NCBI GenBank assembly: GCA_040219255.1
Contig: JAVJSW010000054.1
Coordinates: 1-63,987 of the forward strand
Length of the DNA stretch: 63,987 bases
Origin: Sumerlaeia bacterium
GTDB taxonomy: Bacteria > Sumerlaeota > Sumerlaeia > SLMS01 > JAHLLQ01
Direction: 5' to 3'
Both the position numbers and the translations under genes were made by a program. Every line of letters starts with the position of its first letter. Positions within the stretch are counted from its first letter, which is position 1. The notes under the pieces were generated by a model. It was not told where the DNA came from. It saw nothing but the letters and a program-made list of their open reading frames with translations, and made no database searches. Below, in pieces: positions 59,990 through 63,987 of this stretch.

Positions 59990-60071
59990 GCGGGAGCCCC
60001 TCGCCATGACCCTCTTCACCGCCACCCCTCAAGACCACAGGGCCGGATTGCCGGCCCCAAACCTGGGCATC

Positions 60072-61451
60072 TCAGCCCTCGGTGCCGCCGGAGGACTCGG
60101 GCGGGGCACCCTCGCCCGCGCCGCCATCCTTTTTCTTGCGCCGACCGCGCCGCCCCTTGCGGGCGTCGGAGGGTTTGTCTTTCTTCCCGGCCCCGTCGCC
60201 AGGGGCCGCTTTGGCGCCGGGTGCCGGTTTGGCGTCCGCCTTCGGCGTGGCGTCGCTCGACGCCTGATCGCCGCGTTTGGCTTTGATGCGTTCGCGGCGC
60301 CGTTTGCGGCCTTCCTTGCGGCGGGCTTTGTCGGCCGGGGTGGATTTCTCCTGGCCGCCTTTGTCCATCGATGGCGCGGCTTCCGCCTGCGCTTTGGGCG
60401 TGTCGTCGGTGGATCCGCCGGCTTTTTCGCCGCCCCGTTTGCCGCGGCGGCCACGACGGCTGCGGTCCGATTTCGGGGGTTTTTCCTTCGCGGCGGGCGC
60501 GGGTCTGGCTTCGGGCGGAGCCGGAGCCGGAGCCTCCGCGGCGAGAGCTTGCGCGGGCCGGTCCTCCTCTTGCCAGGCGGGGACGGGCGGGGCGGTCTCT
60601 TTTGTCGAAAAAGCCCGCGCCATCTTCTTCATCTGATCGGGCACCTGCACATCGGTGGCCATGTCGGCGGTGATGGTGGTGATCGATCCCGATTCGAGCG
60701 ACACCACGTACCGCCCCAGCAGTACGTTGCGGTCGATCACCACGCCTTTGACGCCGTCGACGGTCACCGTGGCACCTTTGCTCAGAAGCCCTTTGGACAT
60801 CTCGCGGTATTGATCGACTTCGTAGGAGAGGCAGCAGAGCAGCCGGCCGCATTGGCCCGAGAGTTTGCCCGGCGGCAGGAAAATGTCCTGCTCCTTGGCC
60901 ATGCGGATGCTGATGGGTCGGAAATCGGGGAGCCATTGCGAGCAGCAGGTGCGCAGGCCGCAAACGCCGTAGCCATCGACGTTGCGGGCTTCGTCGCGGA
61001 CGCCGATCTGCCAGAGTTCGACGCGGGTCCTCAGCTCGCCGGTCAGTTCGCGCACCAGTTGGCGGAAATCGACGCGCTGATCGCTGGTGAACTGAAAAAT
61101 GACGCGCCCGTCCGCCGGATTGATGCGCGCCGTGCTGACCTTCATCGGCAACTTCAGGTCGACCGCCTTGCGCTTGCAGAGTTCGAGGGCTTTGCGCTCG
61201 GCCGCTTTGCGGACGAAGAAGGCTTCCTTTTCCTCGTCCGTGGCGGCGCGCAGAAGGCGCTTGAAAGGTTCGCGGCGGCGGGTGATCTGCTCTTCGCAGA
61301 CGTACTCGTAGCCCGCCACGAAGCCGATGTCCTGGGAATCCTCGCGCTCGGCCAGCACGAAGGCATCACGGCCGATGTCGTCGAGGCCGTTGGCGTCGTA
61401 ACGCTTGGGGAAATCTTGTTCGGAGAACTGAACGCAGATCAGCTTCGGCAT
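60072..61451 (-). CDS. ricT: PSP1/RicT (YaaT) family Fe-S regulatory protein with basic disordered tail
   Basis: RVDFRQLV, QIGVRDEA, CGLRTCC, KLSGQCGRLLCCLSYE. Confidence 0.88.
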   Translation of the reverse strand: MPKLICVQFSEQDFPKRYDANGLDDIGRDAFVLAEREDSQDIGFVAGYEYVCEEQITRRREPFKRLLRAATDEEKEAFFVRKAAERKALELCKRKAVDLKLPMKVSTARINPADGRVIFQFTSDQRVDFRQLVRELTGELRTRVELWQIGVRDEARNVDGYGVCGLRTCCSQWLPDFRPISIRMAKEQDIFLPPGKLSGQCGRLLCCLSYEVDQYREMSKGLLSKGATVTVDGVKGVVIDRNVLLGRYVVSLESGSITTITADMATDVQVPDQMKKMARAFSTKETAPPVPAWQEEDRPAQALAAEAPAPAPPEARPAPAAKEKPPKSDRSRRGRRGKRGGEKAGGSTDDTPKAQAEAAPSMDKGGQEKSTPADKARRKEGRKRRRERIKAKRGDQASSDATPKADAKPAPGAKAAPGDGAGKKDKPSDARKGRRGRRKKKDGGAGEGAPPESSGGTEG

Positions 61452-61644
61452 GGGGTGGGCCCAGGAGCAACTTCGGAGAAATCAAAGGTCAAGCCAGAGG
61501 CGGGAAAAAAAATCCCCACCAGCCTGAATCGCGCACCTTGCGGCAAGGGGGCGCCCGATGCAAGCCTTCGTCGCTTGCCCCGGGGCCGATTGTCCGATTT
61601 TCTTGGACCGCCTCATTTTCCGGACAAAGGACCAGACGCATCCC

Positions 61645-61953
61645 ATGACCGATCCCGATCAGGAAGCCGCGAACAACCGATTGGCCATGAAAATGCTCCG
61701 CCGCGACATCAGCCGCGTGCTGTTCAACTGGGACCCGCTGTGCATGCGGGGGCTCAAGAACGGCGAACTGGAATACGCCCCCTACGTCGGCCCCATCGCC
61801 ATCATGGTCAAGAAAGGCGCCCAGGCCCCGGAAATCGCCCGCCACCTCGACGACTTGCTCCGCGACGAATGGAAATTGCCCCGCAACAACCAGGCGTGCA
61901 TGGAAGCGGCGGAGAAAATCTTCAACGCCGGCGCGATCTTCCGGGGGGAGTAG
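61645..61953 (+). CDS. Small hypothetical protein (DUF1871-like WDP...EY motif)
   Basis: LFNWDPL...EYAPYV. Confidence 0.65.
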   Translation: MTDPDQEAANNRLAMKMLRRDISRVLFNWDPLCMRGLKNGELEYAPYVGPIAIMVKKGAQAPEIARHLDDLLRDEWKLPRNNQACMEAAEKIFNAGAIFRGE

Positions 61954-61989
61954 GGCGCGGCCGGGAGGCCATTCCGCGTGAACGGGGAA

Positions 61990-62778
61990 CTACGAACGGT
62001 GGACTGGCAGCACCGCCCGGTTGTGGGCGATGGCGCGCTCGTAGAGTTCCACCATGCACGCCGCCGGGCCCGAGTCGAGGACCCAGTCGCAGCGGGCGAT
62101 GACGCCTTCGCGGGCGTTGTTGGGGCAGGCGCTGAAGCCGCATTTCTCCATGAACTCGAGGTCGCCCAGGTTGTCGCCGATGCCGGCCATGCGCTCGGGC
62201 GCGATGCCGGTGACGTCGGCGAGCCAGTCGAGACCCGAACCCTTATGGAGCCCGCGGGGCAGCAGGTTCAGCACGGCCGGGGTCAGTTCGGCGGCGAAGT
62301 GTTCCTCCCACCGGGCGAGAAAATCGCGGGCGGCTTCGGCCACGTCGCGGCTCCTGTGGGGGTCTTTCGCCAGGAGGGTCAATTGGCTGAACTTGCCGGC
62401 TTCGAAATGCACGATGGAGTCCGCGCCGGCCATGAATTCCTCCTCGGCGTCGGCCATCAGATCGCGGAAGAGGCCGCGGCGGCGCTCGTCGTAGTCGGGG
62501 TGCAGGGCGGAGCGGCGCTCCTCCGGAATCCACATCACCAGCCCGCATTCCGCCAGGGAAGGCAGCCGCACGTCGAAAGTCTGGACCAGGGCCAGCACGT
62601 AGGCCAGGGGCCGCCCGGTGTTGAAGACAAGGCGCGGGATCGCAGGGTCGCCTTCGGCGGCCTGGAGCTGCCACTGGCGCAGGCGCCGCGCCATATCCAG
62701 GTCCACCAGACTGCGCCCGCCGCCGGTCAGACAGCCGTCGATGTCGGCGACGATAAGTTCAATGGGTTGGCCGGTCAA
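61990..62778 (-). CDS. HAD-superfamily IIB hydrolase
   Basis: DIDGCLT, NTGRP, KGSGL, GDNLGD motifs; TTG start with GGAGG. Confidence 0.88.
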   Translation of the reverse strand: MTGQPIELIVADIDGCLTGGGRSLVDLDMARRLRQWQLQAAEGDPAIPRLVFNTGRPLAYVLALVQTFDVRLPSLAECGLVMWIPEERRSALHPDYDERRRGLFRDLMADAEEEFMAGADSIVHFEAGKFSQLTLLAKDPHRSRDVAEAARDFLARWEEHFAAELTPAVLNLLPRGLHKGSGLDWLADVTGIAPERMAGIGDNLGDLEFMEKCGFSACPNNAREGVIARCDWVLDSGPAACMVELYERAIAHNRAVLPVHRS

Positions 62779-63018
62779 TACGGACACCTCCAGGAGAGAT
62801 CGCTCCGAACCCGGAACGCAAGAGCGCGGCCTAATGCAAGCAATCGCGGAAAAGGGGGTAGAGTCACGGGATTCGGAGCCGCCGGTGGGAATGATCGCAA
62901 GGGCAAGGAAAGCCTGGCGGCCTTTCCTTTCGCTCTTGCTTTTCACGACGCGAGGGGTTCTCGTTTCTCAAAGAAAAAAATCGGGCGCCGGATTGTCTGG
63001 CCCTTAAGGAGTCGAGTC

Positions 63019-63951
63019 TTGCGAACATTTTCGATCGTCGTGCCGGCTTGCCGCGCTTTCTTCGGAACCCTGCTGCTACCGATGGTCTGTGTGCTGTCCG
63101 TCGGCACCGGTTGGGCGTCCGAGGATTTCGACGCAATGCTGCCTGTGATCCGGGCAAGGGACGCGCAGCTCGACAACGCGGTTCTCCGCTACACCACGCG
63201 AGGGATCGTGCGACCGGAAGGGGACTGGAAAACCGGAGCCCCTGCGTCCGATCCCATCCCGGTGGCGTTTCACGAGCGGATGATCGTCCGGGGCGACGAC
63301 ACGACGTTCATTCGCGAACTGGAGCCATCCCTTTTTCCCGACCCGGAGAAGATGGCCGAAACCCCCTTGTATGTGCTGCCTTATCAGAAGTGGAGCAACA
63401 CGGAAGGAAAGATGCGGGAAATCATCAACCCGTTTCCGCTCGCTTCGGGAAAAACCGACCAGATGCTGCTGCGGATCGATCCCCGCAGGCCGCAGAATGC
63501 GCCGGACGTTCAGCGATGGGAAACCGAACTGGCCCTTGGTATTGGATTCGCCAAACGAATCACGGCCATCGATTCCATCACAAGCTCCGGTGATGGCTGG
63601 ATCGTTAAGGGTGTGTGTGAACTGTGGAAAGGCATCGAGACAGCCTTTCGAGCCGAGCTGGATGAGGACTTCCTGGTCCGCGACGCACTTCTGACAACAC
63701 GAGCGGAGCCTCTGGTGACTTTCATCGAGGTCTCCACCGCCGGAACGGTGACGAAGGGACAAATGGTCTTCGCGGAGTCAGGGACATTTGTCCACGAGAC
63801 GGTGACCTTGAACGAGGAAGGCGAGGAAATCGGCGATAGAAAAGCCCTAACCCAACTTCGACAGCAATCACCATTTTCCGAGGTTTGGACCGGACGCTTC
63901 GGTTTGATTCTCCCTGTTTGCAGGGTTTTTCAGTTTCAAAACCCCTTGTAG
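63019..63951 (+). CDS. Exported hypothetical protein, probably truncated by IS at ~63851
   Basis: AAGGAG RBS and TTG start, signal peptide; last ~33 codons read into the putative IS end. Confidence 0.6.
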   Translation: MRTFSIVVPACRAFFGTLLLPMVCVLSVGTGWASEDFDAMLPVIRARDAQLDNAVLRYTTRGIVRPEGDWKTGAPASDPIPVAFHERMIVRGDDTTFIRELEPSLFPDPEKMAETPLYVLPYQKWSNTEGKMREIINPFPLASGKTDQMLLRIDPRRPQNAPDVQRWETELALGIGFAKRITAIDSITSSGDGWIVKGVCELWKGIETAFRAELDEDFLVRDALLTTRAEPLVTFIEVSTAGTVTKGQMVFAESGTFVHETVTLNEEGEEIGDRKALTQLRQQSPFSEVWTGRFGLILPVCRVFQFQNPL

Positions 63952-63987
63952 TGGCGACCACCCCCTTGCGGATGGGTGGGGTTGTGT
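63851..63987. mobile_element. Probable insertion sequence terminus (IS1634-like)
   Basis: Starts CCCAACTTCGACAG after CTAA, AT-rich subterminal region with GTAGTGGCGAC, at the window edge; family call from recall. Confidence 0.4.

Overview
GC-rich bacterial window, possibly a complete metagenomic contig, since both ends run into mobile elements. Surface-protein style suggests Ca. Sumerlaeota/BRC1 or a PVC-like lineage (inference). The left end is the 5' end of a class IIC group II intron inserted directly behind the kamA terminator; the right end is a probable IS terminus truncating a secreted-protein gene. Core content: a KamA radical SAM enzyme, an FG-GAP surface protein, wecB, an S41 protease, a ~1660-codon surface protein broken by one in-frame TAA, a lycopene cyclase/GGPP synthase pair, an orphan wzm, rlmD, rpsA, fasciclin, dcd, a complete mrp(AB)CDEFG antiporter operon, metY, a rearranged complex I cluster (nuoG | H-I-J-K-N-orf119-L-M), hmuTUV, a linalool-dehydratase-like protein, RicT/PSP1 and a HAD hydrolase. 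The most unusual unexplained structure is a dispersed family of 9-10-nt-periodic inverted-repeat arms. Several sit on or just after stop codons, some are nested, some enclose small cargo genes, and several coincide with local G/C skew flips. No rRNA, tRNA or CRISPR array was seen.
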